From IMG/VR virus record IMGVR_UViG_3300026882_000104: a stretch of DNA of 32,382 nucleotides; one strand, 5' to 3'. This DNA comes from a virus. Position numbers and translations under genes: made by a program. A model generated the notes under the pieces. The model saw nothing but the letters and a program-made list of their open reading frames with translations. It searched no databases and was not told the origin of the DNA. The first letter of the stretch is position 1. Every line of letters starts with the position of its first letter. Shown piece by piece: positions 1 through 8,678 of the stretch.

Positions 1-207
1 AGGGGTTTCTGCGAACACACATGTGCTGAAAGCGGCTCACTTACATGGCTACACTACTATAGAGAAGGGTCTCTGACCTATTGTGGTGTGTGTCGCCACT
101 ACGGTATTCTTTACCATATGGAGGCGATGGTGAACAACCTTACATCCGAAGAAGTAGAACAGATACTTGAAGAGTCTCGGAGGGAGGATTGGATATGGAT
201 GGACTGA
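1..207 (+). CDS. 5'-truncated hypothetical protein with Cys/His residues
   Basis: Frame 1 is open from base 1 to TGA at 205-207 (RGFCEHTC...YCGVCRHY...WIWMD). It is not in the ORF track because no start is present. Confidence 0.5.
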   Translation, partial: RGFCEHTCAESGSLTWLHYYREGSLTYCGVCRHYGILYHMEAMVNNLTSEEVEQILEESRREDWIWMD

Positions 208-241
208 TCTGTCACGTTCTCCTCCCTACTGGAGTGTAACC

Positions 242-248
242 TTTATAA
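242..248 (+). promoter_or_regulatory. Archaeal TATA box for a leaderless transcript of the 271-2991 operon
   Basis: TTTATAA lies about 23 nt upstream of ATG 271. Confidence 0.55.
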
Positions 249-270
249 TTCATTCACACTTATTATATGT

Positions 271-543
271 ATGTCTGACACAGAGGAAAAAGGTTGGAGT
301 CCTAGTTCATGGCTCCTTGCACAGGACTCTCATTTTGCGTGGGGTCTTGCTATCACCTTTGGAGTATATGCAGGACACCTCACACACTGGTTTATACCTG
401 TTATACTTATTTTGGAGTTGGTTTTTAAGGAAGGTTTATTTGACCAAATAGTTGAAAAGAATCCACTGTGGCCTAGTGGGGTAATTGATTGGTCGTTCTA
501 CATATTGGGAGCTGGTGTTGCATGGGGGATGCTAAAACTCTAA
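271..543 (+). CDS. Small membrane protein (about 3 hydrophobic segments)
   Basis: Hydrophobic stretches (FAWGLAITFGVYAG; WFIPVILILELVF; FYILGAGVAWGML). First gene of a tightly overlapping operon. Confidence 0.65.
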   Translation: MSDTEEKGWSPSSWLLAQDSHFAWGLAITFGVYAGHLTHWFIPVILILELVFKEGLFDQIVEKNPLWPSGVIDWSFYILGAGVAWGMLKL

Positions 544-1013
544 AGATAGATTTGGGTTGTGGTAAGAGGTGTAGGGGGGATGTGGGTGTTACACTGGATG
601 ATGACTCACTGGATCAGGAACACGCGCACCTCGATAAATATTTTGTGCATTACGGGTTTGTTTATAACCCTAATGCGGAAATAGTAAAGATGAGTATCGA
701 AGAATACCTAGCAATGAATAGAGATGAAATTGTGGGTTCACATGTGCTCCTCAGCCATGTGCTTGAACACACATTTTGTCCAGCTTTCATCCTGAAAGGT
801 CTTGAGAAAGCCAGACTAGTTGTTATAGTCGTTCCTAATTCTAAGGTGAATAATGCTGATAGCTATGACAATAACCATATTTACAGTTGGACAAAAGCCA
901 GTTTGAATAACTTGTTGATAAAAACATTTAGAAACGCTGATATAAGCGTAATACCTATTGAAGGGGGACTTGATTTGATGGCTGTAGTCAGGAATCGAGG
1001 GGATGTAGATTGA
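522..1013 (+). CDS. Class I SAM-dependent methyltransferase-like protein
   Basis: Motif I IDLGCG and post-II motif LSHVLEH, typical of Methyltransf_11-like proteins. Start ATG 522 is inferred (the track starts at 489). Confidence 0.65.
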   Translation: MGDAKTLKIDLGCGKRCRGDVGVTLDDDSLDQEHAHLDKYFVHYGFVYNPNAEIVKMSIEEYLAMNRDEIVGSHVLLSHVLEHTFCPAFILKGLEKARLVVIVVPNSKVNNADSYDNNHIYSWTKASLNNLLIKTFRNADISVIPIEGGLDLMAVVRNRGDVD

Positions 1014-2029
1014 TTATTGTGGGTGGCGGAATAGCTGGTTCTTTTATGGCTTACCTAGAGGCCAAAAAGGGTGAAAAAGTAGTCCTTTACGAGAGGAACC
1101 CTAATCAGGAAAAGAATCCGAAAGCGTGTAGCGGAGGTGTTGCGACCATGTGGTTGAATTATGTAGGGCTCAAGCCTCCAAAGGATGTTATAGCTGATGA
1201 AGTAACTGGATACGACATATACTTTGAGGGGAAGGAGCTTGTGAGTTACAGAGGGAACAGGACGATACTTTACATATTAAAAAGGGGATATTTTGAAAGG
1301 TGGCTCCAGCAGGAAGCTGAAAAAGAAGGGGCTAAAATAATATACAAGGCGTTCTACCCCTCTGTGTTGCCTGATGAACACCTTGTGCTTGCTGAAGGAG
1401 CGGGTGGTTTCATCAAGAAGAGTATGGGTCTGGATGAAAAGAGGAAGCTCACAGACTTCCATACGGGTGTTCAGTTGATAGGTGAAACTCCAAATGTAGA
1501 GGAACATGTTGTGAAGATATATCTTACCAAATACGCTTCAACGGGATATGCGTGGATTTTCCCACATCACCTCGGTGGGGAAGTGGGGCTTGGTGTTACA
1601 CTTCCTCATGCAAAGGAAGCGTGGCCATACCTGTATAAATGGATGGAAGAGAACGGAATAAAGATTAATCCTGTGATAAGGCAGACCCATATAATACCTA
1701 CAAATTACCCCCAGAAGTGGAGGTATGAGCGTGTTACAATATTGGGTGATGATGCCTACATGACCAACCCACTTACGGGTGGGGGAATACAGGCAGCCCT
1801 CTACTCCGCATACTTCGCTTCCAATAATAGGTCACTTCCATTATCTCTCTCCTTAATGTATAAGTTGCTGTACAGAATGAGAAACAGGTTCCTTTCGCAG
1901 CCACTCGATAAGTCTGCGAAGATGATAAAGACGTATGGAATGGAGATGGGGAAGGTTCTCGATAAGGGTTGGGAGAAGAGTATAGGTACGAATATAAGAG
2001 CAATAATTAAAACACTACTTCTGAGTTGA
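1010..2029 (+). CDS. Geranylgeranyl reductase family FAD-dependent oxidoreductase
   Basis: N-terminal IIVGGGIAGS dinucleotide fold, KACSGG, GYAWIFP and ILGDDA..TNPLTGGGI, all GGR-family motifs. Confidence 0.9.
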   Translation: MIIVGGGIAGSFMAYLEAKKGEKVVLYERNPNQEKNPKACSGGVATMWLNYVGLKPPKDVIADEVTGYDIYFEGKELVSYRGNRTILYILKRGYFERWLQQEAEKEGAKIIYKAFYPSVLPDEHLVLAEGAGGFIKKSMGLDEKRKLTDFHTGVQLIGETPNVEEHVVKIYLTKYASTGYAWIFPHHLGGEVGLGVTLPHAKEAWPYLYKWMEENGIKINPVIRQTHIIPTNYPQKWRYERVTILGDDAYMTNPLTGGGIQAALYSAYFASNNRSLPLSLSLMYKLLYRMRNRFLSQPLDKSAKMIKTYGMEMGKVLDKGWEKSIGTNIRAIIKTLLLS

Positions 2030-2991
2030 GTATAATGGGTATATCCCCCTCCCCCCCTCTCAGGAAGCGTATTTCAGATTGGTTGGTTATCACAAGGTTC
2101 CCACTTGTGCCGATTTCAACGGTTTATGCTCTGGTTGCGTCCCTTGCTGTAACAAGGTCGCTTCCTGTGATAATTGAGTGGTTTGTATTCGCATTACTAT
2201 TCCACGTGCTTGCGTTCACTGATAATAATGCGTGTGATTGGATGGTTGATATAAGGAATGCCAATAAGGCTGAGTTCCCCATAGGGAAGAGCGTATCAGT
2301 TAAAGACGTATATAGGTTTGAAGCCATTATGAGCGCCGTATTCATAGCGTATTCTGTATATCTCCGTGTAGACCCATTTATACTTGGAACCATGGTTGGG
2401 TTCGGATTACTGTATAACAGGACGAGTAAGAGTTCACTGGTATCCATACCCGCTGTTATGTTATCTTATTCTCCTCTACCATTAGCCGTGTATTCTGGTA
2501 TAACCCATCACTATTCGATACCCATCATAATGCTCGTGGTTTACGCCATGCTGTATCTGCTACACAACACCCACTTCATGGGAAGCCTGAAGGATTTAAA
2601 GTATGATGACTGGAATCTGATGAAGCTATTAGGGGGAAAGGTTGAAGAGGATAAAATCGAGGTTCCTACATTAGTGCGCCTCATACCCACGATAATAAAG
2701 GCTTCGTCCCTCATCCCTCTTTACTTCATGTATCACTATATTCCAGCACTCGTTTTCTTCATCATACCCATCGTAGCCAGCTACTACACGTTCATGATGA
2801 AGATGTATAACCAGAGGAAGATGGCGATAGGTTTCTATTTCATGAGTATACCGAGCACCTATGCCATAGTTATGGCTTTCATTCCAGTTATAGGGATTAT
2901 AAACTTTATAATTATTGCGTTATTCATACCATTGTGGAGATTCACATTTAATTATTTTATCACAGGCTTTCCTGCGAGTACCGAGAATTGA
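2026..2991 (+). CDS. UbiA prenyltransferase family membrane protein
   Basis: Multiple TM segments. First Asp-rich motif NNACDWMVDIRNANKAEFPI (NDxxDxxxD-like) and second motif GSLKDLKYD. Confidence 0.82.
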   Translation: MSIMGISPSPPLRKRISDWLVITRFPLVPISTVYALVASLAVTRSLPVIIEWFVFALLFHVLAFTDNNACDWMVDIRNANKAEFPIGKSVSVKDVYRFEAIMSAVFIAYSVYLRVDPFILGTMVGFGLLYNRTSKSSLVSIPAVMLSYSPLPLAVYSGITHHYSIPIIMLVVYAMLYLLHNTHFMGSLKDLKYDDWNLMKLLGGKVEEDKIEVPTLVRLIPTIIKASSLIPLYFMYHYIPALVFFIIPIVASYYTFMMKMYNQRKMAIGFYFMSIPSTYAIVMAFIPVIGIINFIIIALFIPLWRFTFNYFITGFPASTEN

Positions 2992-2999
2992 TAACTGTA

Positions 3000-3276
3000 A
3001 CGACACTCATAGTTTTGGGGAATTCATAGCCGTATTATGCCTGGTATTTCTTCTATGACAGTAAAATCTTTTACACATATATGCAAAGTATTTTTGGCTT
3101 TTTTCTTTTGGAGTGTCGTAAACTGTCATTGATTACGCTTGATGATATTTTCTCTCTTCATATACTGTCATACTGTCGTCTTATGACGGTGTTATCTTGA
3201 TATGAAAAATTTTCAAACATTTTTATCAATTAAATATTAAAGACGACGACACTAATGAAGAGAAAAACACTGTCAT
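3000..3276. repeat. Nine copies of an 8-bp motif (ASTGTCRT-like) in both orientations; candidate origin or operator cluster
   Basis: Copies at 3000 (acgacact), 3055 (atgacagt), 3112 (agtgtcgt), 3122 (actgtcat), 3164 (actgtcat), 3172 (actgtcgt), 3183 (atgacggt), 3246 (acgacact) and 3269 (actgtcat), in an AT-rich gap between convergent operons. Confidence 0.6.
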
Positions 3277-3294
3277 ACAACAGGAAAAAAGATA

Positions 3295-4548
3295 TCATTT
3301 CAAAGAATAGTATATTATCACTTTCCCTTGAGAATTTACTTTCTGCTCCACTCTCAGCTCATCTTCCATGGACTCCAGAACTTGATCGAGGTCTTTCACA
3401 AGCCAGTTGGTAGAGCGAAGGAGCTCTCTTTTTGTAGCCTTTCCTCCATTCCTCTTTATGGCTGCCCTCACCTTTTCTTTGTAATCAGAGTAGTCTACAT
3501 CCCTCTTTACGTCTGCTTTTCTCAGGTTCCACTGCTCGATGAATTTATCAAAGTTCTGCTCATAAACCTTCATTGATTCGATTGCGGTATCGGCATCACT
3601 CTCACGCACAAGGACAACCCGGCGGTTCAAACTCGACGAAATAAGATTGTGTGAGTTAGATACCGCAGATATCACAGCTAGTTTTATTGTGTTCACCCCT
3701 TCATTCGCCAGATAACTGTACTTCATTGATTTTTCATCCTTCTTGTACTGGTTTATAGCTTCATTATCACACCTGTTCCACCATTCACTAAGCTTCTTTG
3801 AAGCACCAGGTTCATAGGCAACATTCCACGTCTGCATACTCGTGTTTTTCCACACATCGTAGAACTTCTTTGCGAACTCATTTATTTCATTCAATCTCAT
3901 CTGCTTGTTTATGAGTGGGTTCAGGTCGTCATCTGTGTGGTTAGGAGACTTTATGTTCTCTATAACACAGTAAAGAAACCTGTTTCCAAGACCCTGTTGG
4001 AAGAAAGAAGGCTTTAACACTTTATAAACTTCTGGGGTTGTAGCCGAAATCAGGCTCACATATGTCCCGCTCACCTTCAGAACTCCGAATTTGTTGGTCG
4101 TCCTCTTCAATTCCTGACCATCGTAGATTCTTGAGAGGAACTCGTAGGCGGTTTCAAGGTACCCGCTCCCTTGAGCCATTTTTATGAGCCACGTGAACTC
4201 ATCTGATACAAGGAGACCTGTGGTGTACTGTGAAAAGTGTTGCTGGATGAGACCTTCAACTGAAAAAGTATCGGGAAGCAGGAAATCGTAACCACTCATT
4301 TCACCCAGCTTGTGCATTATTGGTATCACAACTTCCTTCACGGGAAGGGTTTTCACAGCTATCTGACTTGGGCCGACAGCCATAGTAAACAGGTTCAGGT
4401 TTGCATCTCCCATCTTCGTTACACACTGAATCCCCCTGAGTATCGTAGAAAATGAAGCAAGACTCACTGTTTCTGCCCACAGTTCATCCGCTCTCGGTAT
4501 CCTTTCGAGAATATACTCTCTCAACTCTCCAACTATTCCTGTGAACAA
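3295..4548 (-). CDS. DUF3987/YfjI-like AAA+ ATPase (putative helicase) with C-terminal winged-helix-like tail
   Basis: Degenerate Walker A AVGPSQIAVKT, Walker B LVSDEF, SLISATTP and Arg-finger-like GLGNRFL. TTG start follows GGGGTGA. Confidence 0.7.
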   Translation of the reverse strand: MFTGIVGELREYILERIPRADELWAETVSLASFSTILRGIQCVTKMGDANLNLFTMAVGPSQIAVKTLPVKEVVIPIMHKLGEMSGYDFLLPDTFSVEGLIQQHFSQYTTGLLVSDEFTWLIKMAQGSGYLETAYEFLSRIYDGQELKRTTNKFGVLKVSGTYVSLISATTPEVYKVLKPSFFQQGLGNRFLYCVIENIKSPNHTDDDLNPLINKQMRLNEINEFAKKFYDVWKNTSMQTWNVAYEPGASKKLSEWWNRCDNEAINQYKKDEKSMKYSYLANEGVNTIKLAVISAVSNSHNLISSSLNRRVVLVRESDADTAIESMKVYEQNFDKFIEQWNLRKADVKRDVDYSDYKEKVRAAIKRNGGKATKRELLRSTNWLVKDLDQVLESMEDELRVEQKVNSQGKVIIYYSLK

Positions 4549-4595
4549 CCCCCTTCACCCCATGAGGAAATGTTTAAATACTAAAAAGTATATAT

Positions 4596-5387
4596 TCATA
4601 TGTATCCGTCCCCCCAGCCGGTAGCCCTGGTCGTCTTCCTCCCCGGACGACCAGCTACCCAATATCTTGGAAACTCCGCTATACCGTGACCCTTAGGAAG
4701 CGCTCTCATCAGCTTTTTATTCGAGTAGAAATCTGAAAGACACGCCACTTCTATAGCCCTGTACACATCGACTCCCCACCAGCACCTTGTCGCATTATCC
4801 ATTACCCACACATCCATGTTCTCCACATCCTTCTCCCTATTGCCTTCTATAAACGAATTAACATCATCCTTTATGTTGCGCTTTTTATACCCTTCCCCAC
4901 CTTTCAGAACCGCCTCAACCGACCTTAAATCTTCAGATAGACCGCTTATGTTCACCTTCCCATTCTTTATCCTCTTGGAAAGAAGGGAAATAACTTCATT
5001 CATATACGCCTTCCTCACATTGATAACGTTGCACAGCGTGAGCATCTTCTGACTCAGTTTTGGAAGGGAATTCGCCGTCATCACCACGAAATTATCAACC
5101 TTCATTGTGTCAATTGCATCCAAAGACTCGAATTTATCTACATCATCGAACAAATACAGAACAGGGAAGAGCGCTTTATGACCCACAGCTTCAACCACAC
5201 CTTCAACCACTTCCTTCGGAGTATTCGGATTCACTTCAACAACGCTGTAACCACGTGACTTTGCTACTTCATAAACTGAATACGTCTTCCCAGAACCCGT
5301 TGGCCCCACCACTATAACAGGTCTCTTGGTGTTCAGAAGAAGGTTTATTTTATCCTTCAACTCAAATGGAGAGACTAGCGAAACCAT
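4596..5387 (-). CDS. AAA+ ATPase, replication factor C large-subunit-like (short)
   Basis: GPTGSGKT, GYSVVEVNP, Walker B LFDDVD and VMTAN. Lies in the same operon as an RFC small subunit and a PCNA-like gene. Confidence 0.65.
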   Translation of the reverse strand: MVSLVSPFELKDKINLLLNTKRPVIVVGPTGSGKTYSVYEVAKSRGYSVVEVNPNTPKEVVEGVVEAVGHKALFPVLYLFDDVDKFESLDAIDTMKVDNFVVMTANSLPKLSQKMLTLCNVINVRKAYMNEVISLLSKRIKNGKVNISGLSEDLRSVEAVLKGGEGYKKRNIKDDVNSFIEGNREKDVENMDVWVMDNATRCWWGVDVYRAIEVACLSDFYSNKKLMRALPKGHGIAEFPRYWVAGRPGRKTTRATGWGDGYI

Positions 5388-6241
5388 TGTTCAAGTCCCC
5401 TCTTCTCTTCTTTAGGGTTGAAATTCATTATGAGTAGTTCAGTCGCCTTCGGCTTCGAGAAACCCTTATTCACTTTGACAGAGAACCTCACCACTTCCTT
5501 TGTTTCATAGTGGAAATCCTTTTGAGGGTACAGGGTGTACACGTCGCTGTGAGGATAGTAAGACAATACAAACTTACCCCTTATGTTTTTCAGTATATCC
5601 GCAAGCTCCACGTGTTTCGTCCACCCCCAACCCGTACCGTAGTAATCCCTGCCTTTGCTCTTTGTGTGTAGTTTTTTCGAGAACATATACGGTGGGTCTA
5701 CATAAAACAGCGTGTCTTCTCCATCATACTGCTTTATAACCTGTTTGAAATCCAGATTTTCTATGATAACTTCCTTAAACCTTTCTGCGTATTCGTAAAG
5801 CATATCCACCTTTCTACGTAACCTTTTAGCCGTAGACAGCCTCGAAGCGGAAACTCTTGGTGTAAAACCACCTACACCGTTCACAGATGCACAGTTCACA
5901 TAGAGGAACAAAGCAGCCCTTTCAACCTCATCCCTGCACTTCCCCTCTTTGAGCATCTCTTTTGCCTCATAGAACAGCTGTCTCGACATGGGTGTCAGAT
6001 CAAGATACCGCTTCAGTTCATCAGTCCTGTCCCTGAGAACCTTGAAGAAATTAACAAGGTCGCCGTTTATATCGTTGTAAACCTCTACATCCGATGGTTT
6101 CTTTGCGAAGAGCACGCTTGCTCCACCACCGAACACCTCGACGTACACCCTGTGTGGAGGGAAGAAGGAAACTATCCAGTCTGCTATAAAGCTCTTTCCC
6201 CCTATCCATCTCAAGAGGTTTGTGTTTGTAGGCCTATCCAT
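5375..6241 (-). CDS. DNA adenine methyltransferase (Dam/D12 class)
   Basis: LRWIGGK, YVEVFGGGASV, VYNDIN and catalytic FYVDPPY. Confidence 0.92.
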   Translation of the reverse strand: MDRPTNTNLLRWIGGKSFIADWIVSFFPPHRVYVEVFGGGASVLFAKKPSDVEVYNDINGDLVNFFKVLRDRTDELKRYLDLTPMSRQLFYEAKEMLKEGKCRDEVERAALFLYVNCASVNGVGGFTPRVSASRLSTAKRLRRKVDMLYEYAERFKEVIIENLDFKQVIKQYDGEDTLFYVDPPYMFSKKLHTKSKGRDYYGTGWGWTKHVELADILKNIRGKFVLSYYPHSDVYTLYPQKDFHYETKEVVRFSVKVNKGFSKPKATELLIMNFNPKEEKRGLEQWFR

Positions 6242-6352
6242 TTATCAAGACCTCCTCTATCATATTTAGTTCTTTTCCAACACACATCACCATACCCCCG
6301 CTTTATGCTTTCAATCTTTCTGAGCTTCCTACCACACCTTCTACACAACACT
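6211..6352 (-). CDS. Small zinc-finger protein (DUF6011-like)
   Basis: CRRCGRKLRKIESIKRGYGDVC matches the CxxCGRxL...S..RG.G..C pattern. Start (GTG about 6352) is inferred. Confidence 0.7.
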
Positions 6353-7042
6353 GAGGACACCCCACCACATTCCACTTCCTTCAAGCTGACAGTCAAGCAC
6401 ATACGCACACCTCGAACAGTGTTCCCCCACGTTCTTTGGGTAGAAACCAGTCTTCACACTTTCCTCTATTTCATCAACGACCTTCTTGAGCCACGCATCG
6501 GGCATCAGCGGAACCTGAAGCTCTTTCTTTGTTTCAAGGAACACCAACCTCATAGTTTTTGGATGATACCCATTTTCTTCAAGTATTTTCTTGTAAATGT
6601 TCATCTGAACCACATACGACTTCTTCATCTCTTCCACACCCGTCTTCCAGTCGAGGATGACGCCTTCATCCTCACTGTAAAAGTCTATAACGCCATGGAA
6701 CACGCTTCCTTCAAGCTCCTTCTCAACGAATGTAGGCTCATACTTTTTCCACTTCCTGAACCTCTCTTCCTCATAGGCTATGAAATTTTCAATGAGCTTC
6801 CTGTTCTGGTTGGGTGCAAAGAAACGTGCCGCTACATCATTAACAACCCTTCTTATATCAGTTATCTTCTCCACCTTATTCTTGAAATACTCCTTAATGA
6901 AGGCATGGAACTCTGTACCCTTCTCCATTGAGTCGCTTGTTATAGGAAGAGCAATCACCTTCCCCTCTTTCTCTTTGATGTGGAAGTAGAACTTCTTTTT
7001 ACACAAAGTAAACATGTTCACGGAGTTTGGAGAAAGCTTCAA
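6341..7042 (-). CDS. PD-(D/E)XK nuclease, Cas4/RecB-like, with probable Fe-S cysteines
   Basis: LSPNSVNMFTLC..K..F, GTEFH, GVIDF..ILDWKTG, QMNIY and C-terminal CSRCAYVLDC. Confidence 0.85.
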   Translation of the reverse strand: MKLSPNSVNMFTLCKKKFYFHIKEKEGKVIALPITSDSMEKGTEFHAFIKEYFKNKVEKITDIRRVVNDVAARFFAPNQNRKLIENFIAYEEERFRKWKKYEPTFVEKELEGSVFHGVIDFYSEDEGVILDWKTGVEEMKKSYVVQMNIYKKILEENGYHPKTMRLVFLETKKELQVPLMPDAWLKKVVDEIEESVKTGFYPKNVGEHCSRCAYVLDCQLEGSGMWWGVLSVV

Positions 7043-8011
7043 TCAAACCACCGGCTTCGCATGAGGAAGAAGCCAAGCATAAGCAAGAAAACCCACAATC
7101 TGAATGGTGGGGTTTGAGCCCATCCTGCACCTGAACTCTGTTTCAGCGAGTTTTATCATCAATCTGCTCCTGTATTCTTCATCTTTAATTCCACCAACGG
7201 CATCCCACAGTGAAAGCACAACTCTTTCCCATCCACTACTTCTTATGTCATCCTCAATCAGGTTCTTGGCATCATCGAGATTTCCTTTAAGCGCTAGCTC
7301 AAGACTCTTACTCACCTCGACCGGTTTTAACAGTAGAACCAGTTTTTGTGTGTCCACCTTCCTGTCTCCATCCATGAGTTTCTCAAGTTGGTTGAGCATA
7401 TACCTCATATCCCCATCGCACTCATCTAGGAAACGGCTGATCAGGATACCCATCATTTTCTCATCCTCTTCGCTGTTCTTAACCAGCTCCACCTTTTCAG
7501 CTGTTATAACCCTATCCAGAACTGTGGCAAGCTCTTCCTTTCTGAATTTCTGGAACCTGAACTTGACACACCTGCTCTGAATCGCATCTATCAGCTTGTT
7601 CTCCTGATTGGCTGCAAGTATGAACATCGCGGACTTTGTTGTCTCCATTATTCTTCTGAGTGCCTGTTGGGCATCCGTGGTCATGGCGTCGCATTCATCA
7701 AGAAATATTATCCTTCTACCCTTGAGCTGACTGAAGTTCTTAACCTTTCCCCTTATGACGTCTATCCCCCTCTCATCGCTGGCGTTGAGTTCAATAAAGT
7801 TCTCCTTCCACTCATCTCCAAAAACCTCCTTTGCGAAAAGCTGTGCGCTTGTAGTCTTCCCGGTACCCGGTGGCCCAACAAAAAGCAAACTGGGCGGGGT
7901 ACTCCAGTTCTCCTTCAGGGCTTGAGCAAGACGCTTCAGGGATGATTTGACATCTTCTGGAGCGACAAGCTCATCCCACGTTTTAGGTCTGTATTTCTCT
8001 GTTAATCTCAT
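7043..8011 (-). CDS. rfcS: Replication factor C small subunit (clamp loader)
   Basis: EKYRPK, GPPGTGKTT, ELNASDERGIDVIR, FLDECDAMTTDAQQALRRIME and SRC motif. Confidence 0.95.
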   Translation of the reverse strand: MRLTEKYRPKTWDELVAPEDVKSSLKRLAQALKENWSTPPSLLFVGPPGTGKTTSAQLFAKEVFGDEWKENFIELNASDERGIDVIRGKVKNFSQLKGRRIIFLDECDAMTTDAQQALRRIMETTKSAMFILAANQENKLIDAIQSRCVKFRFQKFRKEELATVLDRVITAEKVELVKNSEEDEKMMGILISRFLDECDGDMRYMLNQLEKLMDGDRKVDTQKLVLLLKPVEVSKSLELALKGNLDDAKNLIEDDIRSSGWERVVLSLWDAVGGIKDEEYRSRLMIKLAETEFRCRMGSNPTIQIVGFLAYAWLLPHAKPVV

Positions 8012-8678
8012 TCACCAAACCCCCCAGAAAGTTCGTAGAAAAAACATTCTTTATTTTCGTGGCCGTTACATGACCTATACCTTCGACTTCCATCAGTTTA
8101 TCTATATCCGCCTTTACAAGGTTCTCAATTGAACCGAAACGTATGAGCAACCTCTTAGCTTTCTCCCTTCCCACACCGGGAAGCATCGAAACAACCCTGA
8201 GCGCCCATTCATTATCATCAGCCTTCTCTTTGTGAACCTCAGGAAGCCTGATTCCATCCCCCGCAACCTTTTCACTCATACTCACAATAAAATGAGCCGT
8301 GTGAACCTCGTCGGGAAGGGACAAAACTGAGATTCTTCCCTGTTTTCCAACAGGAGCAACCTTCCACATTGCACCAGCCAGAGATGAAGCATACAGCTTT
8401 GGGTTGACCATTCTTCGCTTCCACGCCTCTTTGAGCAAGTTCCCTTCTACAATAAGAACAGAGACTTCATAGTTCTTGCTCATCTCATAGAGCTGTGTGT
8501 GGAGCCTTCCATCAAACAGGGAGTTCAGATAATCCCCAACTTCCTTCCTCTCTATGCACACCGCATCCCCGACAACGTAGTCCCCAACTTCCAGCACAAC
8601 GGTATCGAAGTTCACATTCATACTGCGTAGAAGCGAAGGTATGGGTCCATTGTTTTCCCTTACATCAACTTTTATCAA
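7983..8678 (-). CDS. xpf: XPF/ERCC4-family structure-specific endonuclease with HhH domain
   Basis: IKVDVRE, GDYVV, IERK, DGRLHTQ and C-terminal LPGVG..KAKRLL..FGS and VEGIG. TTG start at 8678 after GGGGGTGG is inferred. Confidence 0.9.
   Translation of the reverse strand: MIKVDVRENNGPIPSLLRSMNVNFDTVVLEVGDYVVGDAVCIERKEVGDYLNSLFDGRLHTQLYEMSKNYEVSVLIVEGNLLKEAWKRRMVNPKLYASSLAGAMWKVAPVGKQGRISVLSLPDEVHTAHFIVSMSEKVAGDGIRLPEVHKEKADDNEWALRVVSMLPGVGREKAKRLLIRFGSIENLVKADIDKLMEVEGIGHVTATKIKNVFSTNFLGGLVNEINREIQT

Noticed and set aside
6341-7042. Cas4 as evidence of a CRISPR-Cas locus
   Set aside because: It is a stand-alone Cas4-like nuclease in a replication operon, common in archaeal viruses. No other cas genes are present.
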